Positions 51,954-62,430 of a stretch of DNA of 64,000 nt are shown piece after piece (position 1 is the stretch's first letter; each line of letters begins with the position of its first letter). The stretch is from an uncultured delta proteobacterium (GTDB lineage Bacteria > Myxococcota > Myxococcia > SLRQ01), in contig CAVSGM010000002.1 in NCBI GenBank assembly GCA_963727485.1, positions 1,088,001 to 1,152,000 on the forward strand. Reading direction: 5' to 3'. The notes below the pieces were generated by a model that was given only the letters and a program-made list of their open reading frames with translations, was not told the origin of the DNA and searched no databases. A program made the translations under genes and the position numbers.

Positions 51954-52589
51954 TTAGGCCCCGAGGGTCTCGGCCATCTCCTGCCACTCGTCCCAGGCCT
52001 GGCCGACGGCGGCCACCGAGGGCCGGCGCTCGAGGCGCTGGCGGTAGGCGCTGGCCTTGGGGAGCCCGGCGAGGGCCTCCTGGAGGCCGAGCTCGTCGAT
52101 GAGGCCCACCACGAAGGGCGCCAGCGCCGCGTCGCCGAGGGTGAAGGTGTCGCCGGCGGCGAAGGGGGTGTCGGCGTCCAGGGCCTCCTCGAAGAGGGCC
52201 AGGGCGTCGGCGACCTCGGCGTCGAGATCGTCGCCGACGGCCTCGCCCTCGTGGCGCACCAGGTAGAGATCCTCGAGGGCTGGCCCCAGGATCTCGTCCA
52301 CGAAGGCCACCCACATCCGCGCCCCGGCCCGGTCCGCGGGCTCCAGGGGCAACAGGTGGCGGTCGGGGTAGGCCTCCTCCAGGTACTCGTTGATCACCGT
52401 GGCCCCACGGATGATGTGGTCGCGGTCGGTGAGCACCGGGAGGCGGCCGGTGGGGTCGAGGGCGAGGAACCAGTCCTCGTACTCCTGGCCGGGGAGGACG
52501 ATGTGGCGCTCGAAGGCGAGGCCCTTCTCGGCGAGCGCGACCCGGACCTTCTGGCACCAGGGGGAGCGCGGAAGGTCGTAGAGGCGCAT
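51954..52589 (-). CDS. Glutathione S-transferase family protein
   Basis: [42 protein letters not shown]. Confidence 0.9.
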   Translation of the reverse strand: MRLYDLPRSPWCQKVRVALAEKGLAFERHIVLPGQEYEDWFLALDPTGRLPVLTDRDHIIRGATVINEYLEEAYPDRHLLPLEPADRAGARMWVAFVDEILGPALEDLYLVRHEGEAVGDDLDAEVADALALFEEALDADTPFAAGDTFTLGDAALAPFVVGLIDELGLQEALAGLPKASAYRQRLERRPSVAAVGQAWDEWQEMAETLGA

Positions 52590-52711
52590 GCCGCCGATCT
52601 ACCCTCGCCGGCCCGCCGCTGCAAGCGTCGCCCCCCGGGGACGGTGCCCCAGGGGCGGGAAAATGTTTGGAGGGCGCTTCCGCTTCGTCTACAAAGGCCG
52701 GGGAGCCTGCC

Positions 52712-53821
52712 TTGCGCTTGATGATCGCCAGTTTCGCCCTCCTCGCCGCCGTCACCTCGATCGTCGCCTACGGGCCCCGGTTCGGGTCCCCGCCCGTCGC
52801 CGCCTCCGCCGTGGCCACCGCCGCCCCGGCGAAGGCACCGGCGAAGGCCGTGGCGCCAGACGCCGCCAAGGCGCCCGCCCAGGCGAAGCCCGCCCCGGCC
52901 GTCGCCGCCCGCACCAAGGCCCCCGCAGAGGCCGCGCCCGCCCGGGCCGCCGCCGCCCGGGCCCGCGACGCCCTGGCCACCGCCCGCACCCGCCCCACCG
53001 TGGGCATGGGCCAGATCATCCCCGGCACCGATGGCCTGCGCTACTTCGGCGGGCCGATCCACGGCTCCCTCTACGGCACCCTCGAGCGCCACCTCGACCA
53101 CGACGTCGCCGACCCCCTCACCTCGGTGGTCAAGCGCCTCCTGGTGTGGTGGGTGAACCCGAGGCGGGACATCCAGGCCGGCGACCGCCTGGAGATCCTC
53201 TTCAGCGTCCCCGAGGGCCAGGAGCCCGTCGTCCACGCCCTGACCTACACCTCGGCCAAGGCCGGCCGCACCTTCCACGCCTGGCTGTGGAAGGCCCCAG
53301 GCGCGCGCTTCCCCCACTACTTCGACGACAGCGGCGTCGAGGTGGCGAAGCGCCTGGTCCACTCACCGGTCGACGGCTACGAGCAGATCACCGCGCTGCT
53401 CGGCGACGGGCGGCACCACCGGGGCGTCGACTTCAAGACCCCGGTGGGCACCTCGGTCCATGCCCCCTGGTCCGGCGTGGTGCGCCGGGTCGACTGGCGC
53501 CGGCGCCTCAACGGCAACTGCGTGGACGTCCACTTCGCCAACGGGGCCGACGCCTACTTCCTCCACCTCTCGAAGGTGGCCAAGGGGCTGCGGCCCGGGG
53601 AGCGGGTGAAGGCCGGGCAGGTGCTGGCGTTCACCGGCGACACCGGGCACTCCTTCGCCCCGCACCTCCACTACCAGCTGATGCACGGGGGCCGGGTGCT
53701 CAACCCCATGACCTTCCAGAAGACCTACCGGGCCAAGGTGCCGGCGAAGGCCCGGAAGGACTTCGAGCAGGCGAAGAAGCACCTCGAGGGCATCCTCGCC
53801 GCCCAGCGCCACGTCGCCTGA
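52712..53821 (+). CDS. M23 family murein endopeptidase
   Basis: [26 protein letters not shown]-terminal TM and Ala/Pro linker; start uncertain. Confidence 0.88.
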   Translation: MRLMIASFALLAAVTSIVAYGPRFGSPPVAASAVATAAPAKAPAKAVAPDAAKAPAQAKPAPAVAARTKAPAEAAPARAAAARARDALATARTRPTVGMGQIIPGTDGLRYFGGPIHGSLYGTLERHLDHDVADPLTSVVKRLLVWWVNPRRDIQAGDRLEILFSVPEGQEPVVHALTYTSAKAGRTFHAWLWKAPGARFPHYFDDSGVEVAKRLVHSPVDGYEQITALLGDGRHHRGVDFKTPVGTSVHAPWSGVVRRVDWRRRLNGNCVDVHFANGADAYFLHLSKVAKGLRPGERVKAGQVLAFTGDTGHSFAPHLHYQLMHGGRVLNPMTFQKTYRAKVPAKARKDFEQAKKHLEGILAAQRHVA

Positions 53822-53881
53822 CGCGGGGGCCACCGCCCGCCACCGCCCCCGCCGCCGCCCGCGCCGCCGCCCGCGCCGCCG

Positions 53882-54631
53882 TCACCCGACCCGGGTGACC
53901 ACCTGGTCGTAGACCGCCCGGGGGAGCATCCGCGCCAGCTTCACCGCCGTCACCAGGGGCCAGGGGAAGCCGCGCACCGCCCTCTGGCGGTCGATGGCGT
54001 GGAGGATGTCGTCCACCGCGGCGTCGAGGTCCATGAGAAACGGCATGGGCCGGGGGTTCCCCTCGGTGAGCTCGGTCTTCACGAAGCCCGGCTCGATGGT
54101 GGTCACCTTCACCCCGGTGCGCTTGAGGTCCACCCGGAGGGTCTCGAGGTAGGTGGCCAGCGCCGCCTTGGACGCCGAGTAGGCCGCGGTGCCCGGGAGC
54201 CCCCGGGCGCCGGCGAGGCTCCCGATGCCCACCAGGTGACCGCGGTCGCGCTCGACCATCGCCGGGAGCACCGCGGTGAGGGTGGCGAAGGCCCCAAGGA
54301 CGTTGATCCGGAGCACCGGCTCCACCTGCTTCTCCCAGGTGAGCCTGGTGGCCCGCTTGTTCCCGCCGATGCCGGCGTTGGCGACGATGAGGTCGAGGCC
54401 CCCGCACTCGCCGTCGATCCGGCGCAGGGTCTCGACCACCTTGGCGGTGTCGGCGACGTCGAGGACCACCGGGACCACCTCCCCGGGGCCGCACTCGGCG
54501 GCGAGCTGCTCGAGGCGATCCTTGCGGCGCGCGGCGGCGTAGACCCGGGTGCCCCGGGCGGAGAGGCGGCGGACGAGGCCGGCCCCGAGCCCGCTCGACG
54601 CGCCGGTGATCAAGGCGTTGCGGTAGTCCAT
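53882..54631 (-). CDS. Short-chain dehydrogenase/reductase
   Basis: TGASSGLG, ANAG, YSASK, PGFVKT. Confidence 0.92.
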   Translation of the reverse strand: MDYRNALITGASSGLGAGLVRRLSARGTRVYAAARRKDRLEQLAAECGPGEVVPVVLDVADTAKVVETLRRIDGECGGLDLIVANAGIGGNKRATRLTWEKQVEPVLRINVLGAFATLTAVLPAMVERDRGHLVGIGSLAGARGLPGTAAYSASKAALATYLETLRVDLKRTGVKVTTIEPGFVKTELTEGNPRPMPFLMDLDAAVDDILHAIDRQRAVRGFPWPLVTAVKLARMLPRAVYDQVVTRVG

Positions 54632-54738
54632 GGCCCCAAGGTGGCACGCCCCGGGGTGGAAGGGAACGCCGGCGCGCGGGCCGGGGGCGGCGCGGCACGC
54701 GAGGTGCGGCGGGGGCCCGCCGGATCCATGATCGGGGC

Positions 54739-55881
54739 ATGGCGGCCCCGAAGCAGGATCTCGTGACCGGCGTGCCCACGAGGTGGTGGCGCCCCCTCGA
54801 CGACGGCCGCAGCGAGTGCACCGTGTGCCCGCGGCGCTGCCGGCTGCGGCCGAACCAGCGGGGGATGTGCTTCGTCCGGGGCCGGGGCGCGGGCCCCGAG
54901 GTGCTGCTGACCACCTATGGGCGCTCCAGCGGGTTCTGCGTCGACCCCATCGAGAAGAAGCCGCTGGCCCACTTCCTCCCGGGGACGCCGGTGCTCTCCT
55001 TCGGCACCGCCGGGTGCAACCTCGCCTGCAGGTTCTGCCAGAACTGGGACATCTCCAAGAGCCGGGAGCTGGACACCCTCATGGACGCGGCCACCCCCGA
55101 GGCCATCGCCGAGGCGGCGAAGCGCGCCGGGGCGAAGAGCGTCGCCTTCACCTACAACGACCCGGCGATCTTCCTGGAGTACGCCGTCGACACCGCGAAG
55201 GCCGCCCACGCGCTGGGCCTCAAGACCGTGGCGGTGAGCGCCGGGTACATCGAGCCGGGGCCCCGCGCCGAGCTCTACGCCCACCTGGACGCGGCGAACA
55301 TCGACCTCAAGGGCTTCACCGAGGCGTTCTACGAGAAGCTCTGCGCCGGGCAGCTGGCGCCGGTGCTGGACACCCTCGAGTACCTGGTCCACGAGACCGA
55401 GGTGTGGACCGAGATCACCACCCTCGTCATCCCCGGGTGGAACGACTCGGACGCCGAGCTCGCCGCCGAGTGCCGGTGGATAGGCGAGCGGCTCGGCCCC
55501 GAGGTGCCGCTCCACTTCTCGGCGTTCCACCCGGACTTCCGGATGCGGGACGTGCCGCCGACGCCGGTGTCCACCCTGCGCCGGGCCCGGGAGATCGCGC
55601 TCGCCGCCGGGCTTCGCTACGTCTACACCGGCAACGTCCACGACCCCGGGGGCGAGGTGACCGTGTGCCCCGGGTGCGGGGTGAAGGTCATCGAGCGCGA
55701 CTGGTACGCCATCACCGGCTGGCGCCTCGACGACGTCGGGCGCTGCGCCGCCTGCGGGACGCCGATCGCCGGGGTCTTCGCCGGGCCGCCGGGGGACTGG
55801 GGACGGCGGCGGCTGCCGGTGCGCCCGGGGGGCCCGGCGCCGCCCGCCGACGCTGAAGCCGGCTCGGCACCACCCGACTAG
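54739..55881 (+). CDS. amrS: AmmeMemoRadiSam-system radical SAM enzyme
   Basis: CTVCPRRC, DPIEKKPL.HF.PG, CNLACRFCQNWDIS, FTYNDP, YVYTGNV, C-terminal CPGC/CAAC. Confidence 0.88.
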   Translation: MAAPKQDLVTGVPTRWWRPLDDGRSECTVCPRRCRLRPNQRGMCFVRGRGAGPEVLLTTYGRSSGFCVDPIEKKPLAHFLPGTPVLSFGTAGCNLACRFCQNWDISKSRELDTLMDAATPEAIAEAAKRAGAKSVAFTYNDPAIFLEYAVDTAKAAHALGLKTVAVSAGYIEPGPRAELYAHLDAANIDLKGFTEAFYEKLCAGQLAPVLDTLEYLVHETEVWTEITTLVIPGWNDSDAELAAECRWIGERLGPEVPLHFSAFHPDFRMRDVPPTPVSTLRRAREIALAAGLRYVYTGNVHDPGGEVTVCPGCGVKVIERDWYAITGWRLDDVGRCAACGTPIAGVFAGPPGDWGRRRLPVRPGGPAPPADAEAGSAPPD

Positions 55882-57025
55882 GGCGACCCGGGCCCGCCCC
55901 GGGGCTCGGGCACCGGCGGGCACTGGTGGACGACGGACGCCGGGAGCCACAGGGCCGCCGGGAAGGCGAGCCCGAGGCCCCCGACCTCCACCGCGACCGC
56001 GTCGTCCTCCCGGCGGAGGACCACCAGGGGCGTCCCCGCCTCGGCGGTGCCCACCCGCGCCGGCGTCGCCGAGGGCCGGTGGACCATCGGGGCACCGGCC
56101 AGGGGCAGCGCACCACCCGGTGCCAGGCGGCGTCCTGGGGGACGGGCGGGTCGCGGCCGGTGAGCGAGCCCCGGGGGTTCCAGGGCTCGAGCACCGACGC
56201 CGGCACCCAGCAGGTGAGGACCAGCTCCCGGGTGGGGATCACGATCCGCGCCGCGTCCCCCTGCCGTGCGACCACCCGGACCCGGGTGGCGAAGACGCGC
56301 TTCCAGGTGGCGACCACCGGACCGCCCCGGGTCGCCCGCAGGGGGACCGCCACCTTTTCGGGGAGGAGCGCGTCCTCGCCGCCGGCGGCGGGAGTCCCGG
56401 CGTCGAAGGTGCCCTTGCCCAGGCCCAGGGCGTCGCAGGGCACCGTGGCCCGGAGGGGCCGGGACGGCTTCAGCGCCGGCGGCGGCGTCAGCCCCAGGAC
56501 CACCCGGCCCCGGGTGGCGGAGACCACCTGGAGGTGCGCGGCGGCGGTGACCTGACCGAGGGCGCCGAGGGCGAAGGCGCGGCGCGGGCGCAGGGGCGAG
56601 GTGGCGACGGTCGTCCAGCCCCGGGCCCGGGCGCCCGCGAGGGCCACCTCGAGCCACGGCGCCGCCGCGACCGTGCCCACCGGGACCACCGCGGTGGTCC
56701 GCGATCGCGCGGTGACGGTGGCGAAGGGCCGGTCCCCCGGCCTCAGGGCCAGGGTCGGCCCCCGGGCCGCGGCACCGGTCCAGGTGCAGGCGGCGGCCGC
56801 CGGGCGCGCGAGGCTCGGGGCCATCGGCGGCATCGGGGCCGCCCGGGTGGACGGCGCCCGCGATCCCGCCGCCCGCGCCCTCGCAGGCGCGGGCGTCCCG
56901 GCGGCGGTGGCACACCCGGCGCCACCCACGGCCACCATCACCGCCGCGAGCATCCGGGCAAGGCGCCCCGGCGCCCCCTGCACCCGCCGCGGCCTCCGTC
57001 CCCTGGCCTGCATCCCCGGCTGCAT
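55878..57025 (-). CDS. Hypothetical exported/lipoprotein (frameshift near 56090)
   Basis: VMVAVGGAGC lipobox-like; C-terminus (VGTAEAGTPLVVLRREDDAVAVEV...LWLPAS) is in the neighbouring frame. Confidence 0.5.
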
Positions 57026-57037
57026 CGCCTCACGCCC

Positions 57038-58369
57038 TCACTTGGCGCAGGTGGGATCATCCTTCGGGCACGCGAGCAGGTAGTACGAGAGGCACATCTC
57101 GTCCTCGGTGCCGTTGCCCCAGTAGATGGTCTTGGTGCCCTTGGAGTTGTCCCAGTTGCACCCGAGGTAGAGCTCGTCGCCGGGCTTGAAGATCTCCTCG
57201 TGCTGCAGGTTGAACGAGTCCTGGTTGTCGAAGTCCCAGTGGGGGACCTCGAGGAGGCAGGTGCTGGTGCCGTCGGGGTGGTCGATCTCGGTGACGGCGC
57301 TTTTCCCCAGCTGGTGCATGTGCAGGGCGACGGAGAGGACGGCGAAGGCGTGGTCGGCGGGGATGGCGCCGCCGCCGAGGTAGCCCATGTAGGGCGTGGG
57401 GTCGGCGGCGAACTCGTGGTGGACGTGGGCGTCGCCGGCGGGGATGGCCATGCCGGTGGGGTCACCGATCCACCCGGTGTAGTTGGTGTAGAGGGCCATG
57501 ACGCCCTGGCGCTGCACGGTGTCGGCGAGCTCGAGCTCGATGGCCGACTGGTCGGGCCCCACGTCGGGGATGTCGGTGTGGTAGTGCACCTGGAGGACCA
57601 CGAGATCCCCGGGGGTCATCTTCACGCCCACGCCGTCGGGGAGCTTCTTGTCGATGCCGCCCGCCGCCCACACCCCGATGATGCGGGTGTCCTGGGTGGG
57701 ACCCTTGGCGTCGCCGAAGCAGGTGTAGCCGGGGCCGGGGTCCTGGTCGTCGAGGGCCTGGAGCTTCGCCTGGTCCTTCGCCGGGAACACGTAGGCGATG
57801 ACGTGGTGGACCTCCTGCTTGGCCCCGGGCTTGATGCGGAAGCCGGTGACGTACTTCACCTGCTGCTCGGGCCAGGGGACGATGAAGCAGCGGTACTCGT
57901 CGGGCTTGAGCTTGGGGGTGTAGGGCGCGGGGATCTTCAGGCTCAGGTCGACCCGGTCGAGGTGGGTGGGGTCGGCCAGCGTGATCTGCTTGCCCTCGTT
58001 CGCCGGGTCGCCCTCCTTCATGCCCTGCTGGATCCACTGGTCGAGGGTCTGCTTGTCGGCGTCGGGGAGCGAGCGGTTGCCCACGTAGTGGTTGCACCCG
58101 GGCCCCGGGGGCCACGGGGGCATGGTCCCGGTCATGATGTCCTTGTCGATGGCGCCGGCGACCGCCTTCACCCCGGCGTAGGTGGTCAGGTCCTGGGGCC
58201 CGATGTCGCCGGGGCTGTGGCAGGCGTTGCAGTAGGCGTCGATGATGGGCTTGGCGTCGTGGTAGTAGGTCAGCGGCTGGTCGGAGGTGCCCGGGCCGCC
58301 GGCGGCGCTGCAGGCGGCGAGGGTCGACAGCGCCGCGAGGGCGACGACGGAAGCGAGACGGCGGTGCAT
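57038..58369 (-). CDS. Lipoprotein copper type II (PHM/DBH-like) monooxygenase with N-terminal CXXCH
   Basis: LAAC lipobox; CNACH...MPPW; DEYRCF, VHHVI, LQVHY, HMHQLG, WDFDNQ, EDEMC. Confidence 0.82.
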   Translation of the reverse strand: MHRRLASVVALAALSTLAACSAAGGPGTSDQPLTYYHDAKPIIDAYCNACHSPGDIGPQDLTTYAGVKAVAGAIDKDIMTGTMPPWPPGPGCNHYVGNRSLPDADKQTLDQWIQQGMKEGDPANEGKQITLADPTHLDRVDLSLKIPAPYTPKLKPDEYRCFIVPWPEQQVKYVTGFRIKPGAKQEVHHVIAYVFPAKDQAKLQALDDQDPGPGYTCFGDAKGPTQDTRIIGVWAAGGIDKKLPDGVGVKMTPGDLVVLQVHYHTDIPDVGPDQSAIELELADTVQRQGVMALYTNYTGWIGDPTGMAIPAGDAHVHHEFAADPTPYMGYLGGGAIPADHAFAVLSVALHMHQLGKSAVTEIDHPDGTSTCLLEVPHWDFDNQDSFNLQHEEIFKPGDELYLGCNWDNSKGTKTIYWGNGTEDEMCLSYYLLACPKDDPTCAK

Positions 58370-58470
58370 GGGGGTCCTCCCGGAGACCGATCGCGCAGAG
58401 GCTGCGCGAGCCTCCACCATGCCCGCCCCGAGGCGCCCCGGCAACCCCGGGACGACCCTTGACGCCCCCT

Positions 58471-58486
58471 GATTGACCCGTCAATC
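58471..58486. promoter_or_regulatory. Palindrome GATTGAC-CC-GTCAATC in divergent promoter region (possible repressor site)
   Basis: Perfect 7-bp dyad, about 30 bp upstream of the acyl-CoA dehydrogenase, near TTGACG. Confidence 0.45.
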
Positions 58487-58516
58487 TCGGCGCCGAACCC
58501 CGACCCGGAGCCCGCC

Positions 58517-59713
58517 ATGGCCCTCGACTTCGCCCTCTCCGACGAGCAGCAGGCGATCCGCCAGACCGTCCGCGACATCTTCCGCCGCTTCGAGCCGAAG
58601 AAGGCCGAGATCCGCGACCGGGTGCTCCGCAAGAAGGAGTTCCCGGTCGAGATCTGGGACGCCCTGGCCGAGGCGGGCTTCCTCGGCGCCATGATCCCCG
58701 AGAGCTACGGGGGCACCGCCCTGGGCCTCCTGCCCATGGCCTTCGTGGTCGAGGACATGGCGGCGCTCGGCTTCGGCAACGCCATCCTCATCCTCACCAC
58801 CATGGACACCTTCTGCGTGGTGAAGAACGGCTCGGAGCAGGTCAAGCGCAAGTTCCTCCCGAAGATCGCCCGGGGCGAGCACAAGCTGTGCTTCGCCGTG
58901 ACCGAGGCCGACGCGGGCACCAACACCTTCCGCATCGCCACCGAGGCCCGGCGCGACGGCGACGGGTACGTCATCAACGGCTCCAAGACCTTCATCACCG
59001 GCGCCGACGTCGCCGACCACGTGCTGCTGGTGACCCGCACCCTGTCCCGGAAGGACGCCGCCGATCAGGGGCTGCCCAAGGCCTACGGCCTCTCGCTCTT
59101 CCTGGTGCCGACCAAGGCCGAGGGGGTGCGCATGGATCTGCTGCCCACCGGCGGCATCGAGGGGATGAACCAGTGGACGATCTTCTTCGAGGACGTCCGC
59201 ATCCCCGCCGAGAACCTGGTGGGCGACGAGCACGGCGGCGCCATGGCCCTGTTCAAGGCCCTGAACCCCGAGCGCATCCTCGCCGCGGCGACCACCGTGG
59301 GCGTCAGCCAGTACTGCCTCGACCTCGCCGTCGACTACGCCAAGGACCGCCGGGTGTTCAAGGACACCCCCATCGGCGCCTACCAGGGCGTCCAGCACCC
59401 GCTCGCCGACGTGAAGATCCGCCAGGAGGCGGTGCGCCTGGTCACCTACAAGGCCGCCTGGGCCCTGGACCACGATCTTGCGCCGATGGAGACCGGGCAC
59501 CTGGCCAACTGCGCCAAGTACCTGGGGGCCCAGCTCGGGATCGACGCCGCCGACCGGGCGATCCAGACCCTGGGGGGCAACGGGTTCAGCGAGGAGTTCG
59601 GGCTGCTCCACCTGCTCACCGCCATGCGCCTGCTCAAGACCGCGCCCATCAACGACCAGATGATCCTCAACTACGTCAGCGAGCACGTGCTCGGGCTGCC
59701 GCGGTCCTACTGA
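58517..59713 (+). CDS. Acyl-CoA dehydrogenase
   Basis: FAVTEADAGT, INGSKTFIT, FEDVRIP..NLVG, LNPERI, AIQTLGGNG. Confidence 0.93.
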   Translation: MALDFALSDEQQAIRQTVRDIFRRFEPKKAEIRDRVLRKKEFPVEIWDALAEAGFLGAMIPESYGGTALGLLPMAFVVEDMAALGFGNAILILTTMDTFCVVKNGSEQVKRKFLPKIARGEHKLCFAVTEADAGTNTFRIATEARRDGDGYVINGSKTFITGADVADHVLLVTRTLSRKDAADQGLPKAYGLSLFLVPTKAEGVRMDLLPTGGIEGMNQWTIFFEDVRIPAENLVGDEHGGAMALFKALNPERILAAATTVGVSQYCLDLAVDYAKDRRVFKDTPIGAYQGVQHPLADVKIRQEAVRLVTYKAAWALDHDLAPMETGHLANCAKYLGAQLGIDAADRAIQTLGGNGFSEEFGLLHLLTAMRLLKTAPINDQMILNYVSEHVLGLPRSY

Positions 59714-60534
59714 GCGGCGAGCGTGCCGGCGACGAAGCGGCGCGCCATCCGGTCCCAGGCGTCGTCCATGGCCGCGTGGAGCGAGGCGCCGAAGGCCTGC
59801 ACCACCGCCCCCCCGGCGCGCGACCGGAAGAAGCGCGTCATCGCCTCCACCTGCGCCTTGGGGGTGCGCGCCAGCGACATCCCGATGAGGCGCTCCACCG
59901 CCTGGCGCATCTCCTTCGTCCGATCCCCGAGCTTCGCCTGGACCCCGTCGACCACCTGGGCCTTGAAGCCCTGGGCGAAGGCCCGGCGCCTGGCGGCGTC
60001 GGCCTCGGCGGTGGTGGTGGCGCGCTGGACCAGGCCCCGGGCGCCGGCGGCGTTGCGCACCGCCAGGAGGTTCTCGTCGCGGGTGTCCTCGGCGAGGTGG
60101 GTCTCCTTCACCAGGGCGGCGGCGAGGCGCGCGTGCTCGGCGTCCGGCTTCGCCTGGGTCTTGAGCTGGGAGAGATCGGTGCCGGTGTTCACCAGGCGGG
60201 TGTAGGCGCGCCCGGCGGGGGTGTGGCAGAAGGCCACCGCCGCCCGGAGCAGCGGCGCCGGGATCGTCGAGACCACCTGCCGCGCCGAGGCCAACAGGTC
60301 CTTGGGGGCGTGGGTCGCCTCCACCAGGGAGCGCACCTGCCGGTCGACCTTGTCCGTCTCCGTCGGCGGCGCGGCGTAGGTCCCGGTCATCCTCCCCGCG
60401 TGGTCGGCCAGCCCGGTGAACCCGAAGCAGGTGAGCACCGTCTTCACCTGGCGCCGCACCCGGCGCTTCGGGGGCGCGGCGACGGCGGGCAGCGACACGG
60501 CGGCGACGAGGACGAGGCAGAGGGCGCGGATCAT
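59707..60534 (-). CDS. Hypothetical secreted helical protein (DUF2059-like motifs)
   Basis: Signal peptide; two AF..TPAG / FFRSRAG motifs. Confidence 0.55.
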   Translation of the reverse strand: MIRALCLVLVAAVSLPAVAAPPKRRVRRQVKTVLTCFGFTGLADHAGRMTGTYAAPPTETDKVDRQVRSLVEATHAPKDLLASARQVVSTIPAPLLRAAVAFCHTPAGRAYTRLVNTGTDLSQLKTQAKPDAEHARLAAALVKETHLAEDTRDENLLAVRNAAGARGLVQRATTTAEADAARRRAFAQGFKAQVVDGVQAKLGDRTKEMRQAVERLIGMSLARTPKAQVEAMTRFFRSRAGGAVVQAFGASLHAAMDDAWDRMARRFVAGTLAAQ

Positions 60535-61034
60535 GAGGGGCGGCTCCGGGTGAGGCGGGCGATGCGCTCGGCGTGGTCGGGGTGGCGGTCGGCGAGCTCC
60601 GGGCCCTCGGCGAGCTCGAAGTCGTCGAAGTCGAAGCCCGGGGCCACGGTGCAGCCGAACAGGCAGTGGGTCTGCCCGGCGTCGAGCTCGGCGCCGAACC
60701 AGGTCCCGGCGGGGATCACCAGCTGGGGCCGCTCGCCGGCCTCGAGATCGGTGCCCAGGCGGTGGACCTCGCTCGACCCGTCGTCCCGGAGGAAGAGCAC
60801 GGTGAGCGGCCCGCCCTCGTAGAGGTGGAAGAGCTCGTCGCTCTTCAGGCGATGGAGGTAGGTGCCCGGCTCGGCTTCGGTGAGCAGGAAGTAGATGGCG
60901 GTGCTCGCCGCCCGGGGCGCCCCGTGGGGCAGGCCCTCGACGGCGAGCGGGGCGCGGTAGGTCTCGGCGTAGAAGCCCCGCTCGGGGTGGGGCTTCAGGT
61001 CGAGGGTCTCGATGAGGGTGGCCACGCGATCCAT
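60531..61034 (-). CDS. Cupin_5 (DUF985) protein
   Basis: LDLKPHPERGFYAETY, STAIYFLL, HRL.SDELFH, PAGTWFGA, CTVAPGFDF. Confidence 0.9.
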   Translation of the reverse strand: MDRVATLIETLDLKPHPERGFYAETYRAPLAVEGLPHGAPRAASTAIYFLLTEAEPGTYLHRLKSDELFHLYEGGPLTVLFLRDDGSSEVHRLGTDLEAGERPQLVIPAGTWFGAELDAGQTHCLFGCTVAPGFDFDDFELAEGPELADRHPDHAERIARLTRSRPS

Positions 61035-61079
61035 GGCCGCACGGTAGCCAGATGCCGCCCGGGTGACCAGGATGGGCGC

Positions 61080-61643
61080 ATGCGCACCTTCGTCGCCCTC
61101 GAGCTCGACGACGCCGTCCGGGCCCGCCTCGCCGCCGCGCGGGATCGCCTGGCCGCCGCCGGCGCCGACGTGCGCCTGGTGGACCCGGCGCTCTACCACC
61201 TCACGGTGAAGTTCCTCGGGGAGATCGACGAGGCGGACGCCGGGCGCGCCGGCGCGATCCTCGAGGCCGCCTGCGCCGAGGCCCCGCCCTTCGACCTCGG
61301 CCTGGCCGGGGTCGGCCTCTTCCCCTCGTCGAAGCGGCCCCGGGTGGTGGCGGCGCGGATCCCCGAGGTTCCCGGCACCCTGGCCGCCCTCGCCGCGACC
61401 CTGGACGGCGCCTTCGCGGACCTCGGCGTCGCGGCCGACGGCCGGGCGTTCACGCCGCACCTGACCCTGGGTCGCCTCAAGTCGAAGCGCGGCCTCGACG
61501 CGCTCGTGCTTGCCCTCGGCGAGCTCGCCGGCACCGACTTCGGGACGGTCCACGTGGACCACCTGACCCTGATGCACAGCGTCCTCGGCCGCGAGGGGCC
61601 GAGCTACACCGCGCTCTTGCGCGCGCCCTTGCGCCCGGCCTGA
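61080..61643 (+). CDS. thpR: RNA 2',3'-cyclic phosphodiesterase (2H family)
   Basis: MRTFVAL, HLTVKFLG and FTPHLTLGR HxT motifs. Confidence 0.9.
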   Translation: MRTFVALELDDAVRARLAAARDRLAAAGADVRLVDPALYHLTVKFLGEIDEADAGRAGAILEAACAEAPPFDLGLAGVGLFPSSKRPRVVAARIPEVPGTLAALAATLDGAFADLGVAADGRAFTPHLTLGRLKSKRGLDALVLALGELAGTDFGTVHVDHLTLMHSVLGREGPSYTALLRAPLRPA

Positions 61644-62251
61644 CGGCGCTCGGCCTCGAGCCCCTCCAGGGTCCGGTCGACCATCCAGTGGAGATGGTCC
61701 CGGCGCTCCCGGCGGCCGGCGACGGACATGGGATCCTCGCCGAAGATCTCCTCCATCACCGGGGCGTAGAGGTAGTAGGTCGTCGCCAGCCCCGAGAAGC
61801 TCACGAAGATCTGCCGCGCCGACAGCGGCCCGGTCTCGGGCGCCAGGCCCTTGAGGTTCTCGGCGACCCAGCGGTAGAGGCTCGAGAGCCCCTTGCGGAT
61901 GGGGGCCATGGCCTCGGAGCCCGCGGCGATCTCCCGCTGCACCAGCGCCACGTAGCGCCGGTTCTCCTCGAGGAAGTCGAGGTAGGCGTCGAGCATCCGG
62001 TGGAGCTTCTCGCGCCGGTCGCCCCCGCCGGCGGCGCCGCGGACCAGGGCCTCGGCGTGGCGGGCGTAGTAGCCCTCGACCACCCCCTCGAAGAGCTTCG
62101 CCTTGGACTCGAAGTGGTAGAAGACCAGCGCCTTGGTGACCCCGGCGCGCTCGGCGATGTCCCGGACGCTCACCGCCGCGAAGCCCTGCTCGGCGAAGAG
62201 GGCGTCGGCGGCGTCGAGGATCCGGTCGCGGGTCTCCGGGACGCGAGCCAT
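61604..62251 (-). CDS. TetR-family regulator
   Basis: TRDRILDAA..LFAEQGF...RDIAERAGV.KALVFYHF.SK. Confidence 0.92.
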   Translation of the reverse strand: MARVPETRDRILDAADALFAEQGFAAVSVRDIAERAGVTKALVFYHFESKAKLFEGVVEGYYARHAEALVRGAAGGGDRREKLHRMLDAYLDFLEENRRYVALVQREIAAGSEAMAPIRKGLSSLYRWVAENLKGLAPETGPLSARQIFVSFSGLATTYYLYAPVMEEIFGEDPMSVAGRRERRDHLHWMVDRTLEGLEAERRQAGRKGARKSAV

Positions 62252-62260
62252 GGGTCCATT

Positions 62261-62362
62261 TAACCGGATGGTCAGGCCTGGTCAATGCCGGCTGACCCCT
62301 GTGGGGGTGCACCAGAATGGATCATCCCCATGGGTATGGGCCCCTGTTTGACCGATTGGTCA
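62261..62362. promoter_or_regulatory. Two TetR-type operators TGACC-N4-GGTCA between divergent tetR and TPP enzyme
   Basis: TGACCGATTGGTCA (62349-62362) and TAACCGGATGGTCA (62261-62274). Confidence 0.6.
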
Positions 62363-62430
62363 GGAACGTGGTAGCACCGCCTCGTTGCCGGGGGCCCGTC
62401 GCCCCCGGTCCCCACTCCAGGAGGTGCAAG

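Noticed and set aside
54641..54660. TGGCACG upstream of amrS as a sigma54 promoter
   Set aside because: No plausible -12 element at the required spacing
61604..61643. Overlap of convergent thpR and tetR 3' ends
   Set aside because: Short tail overlaps are common in high-GC genomes
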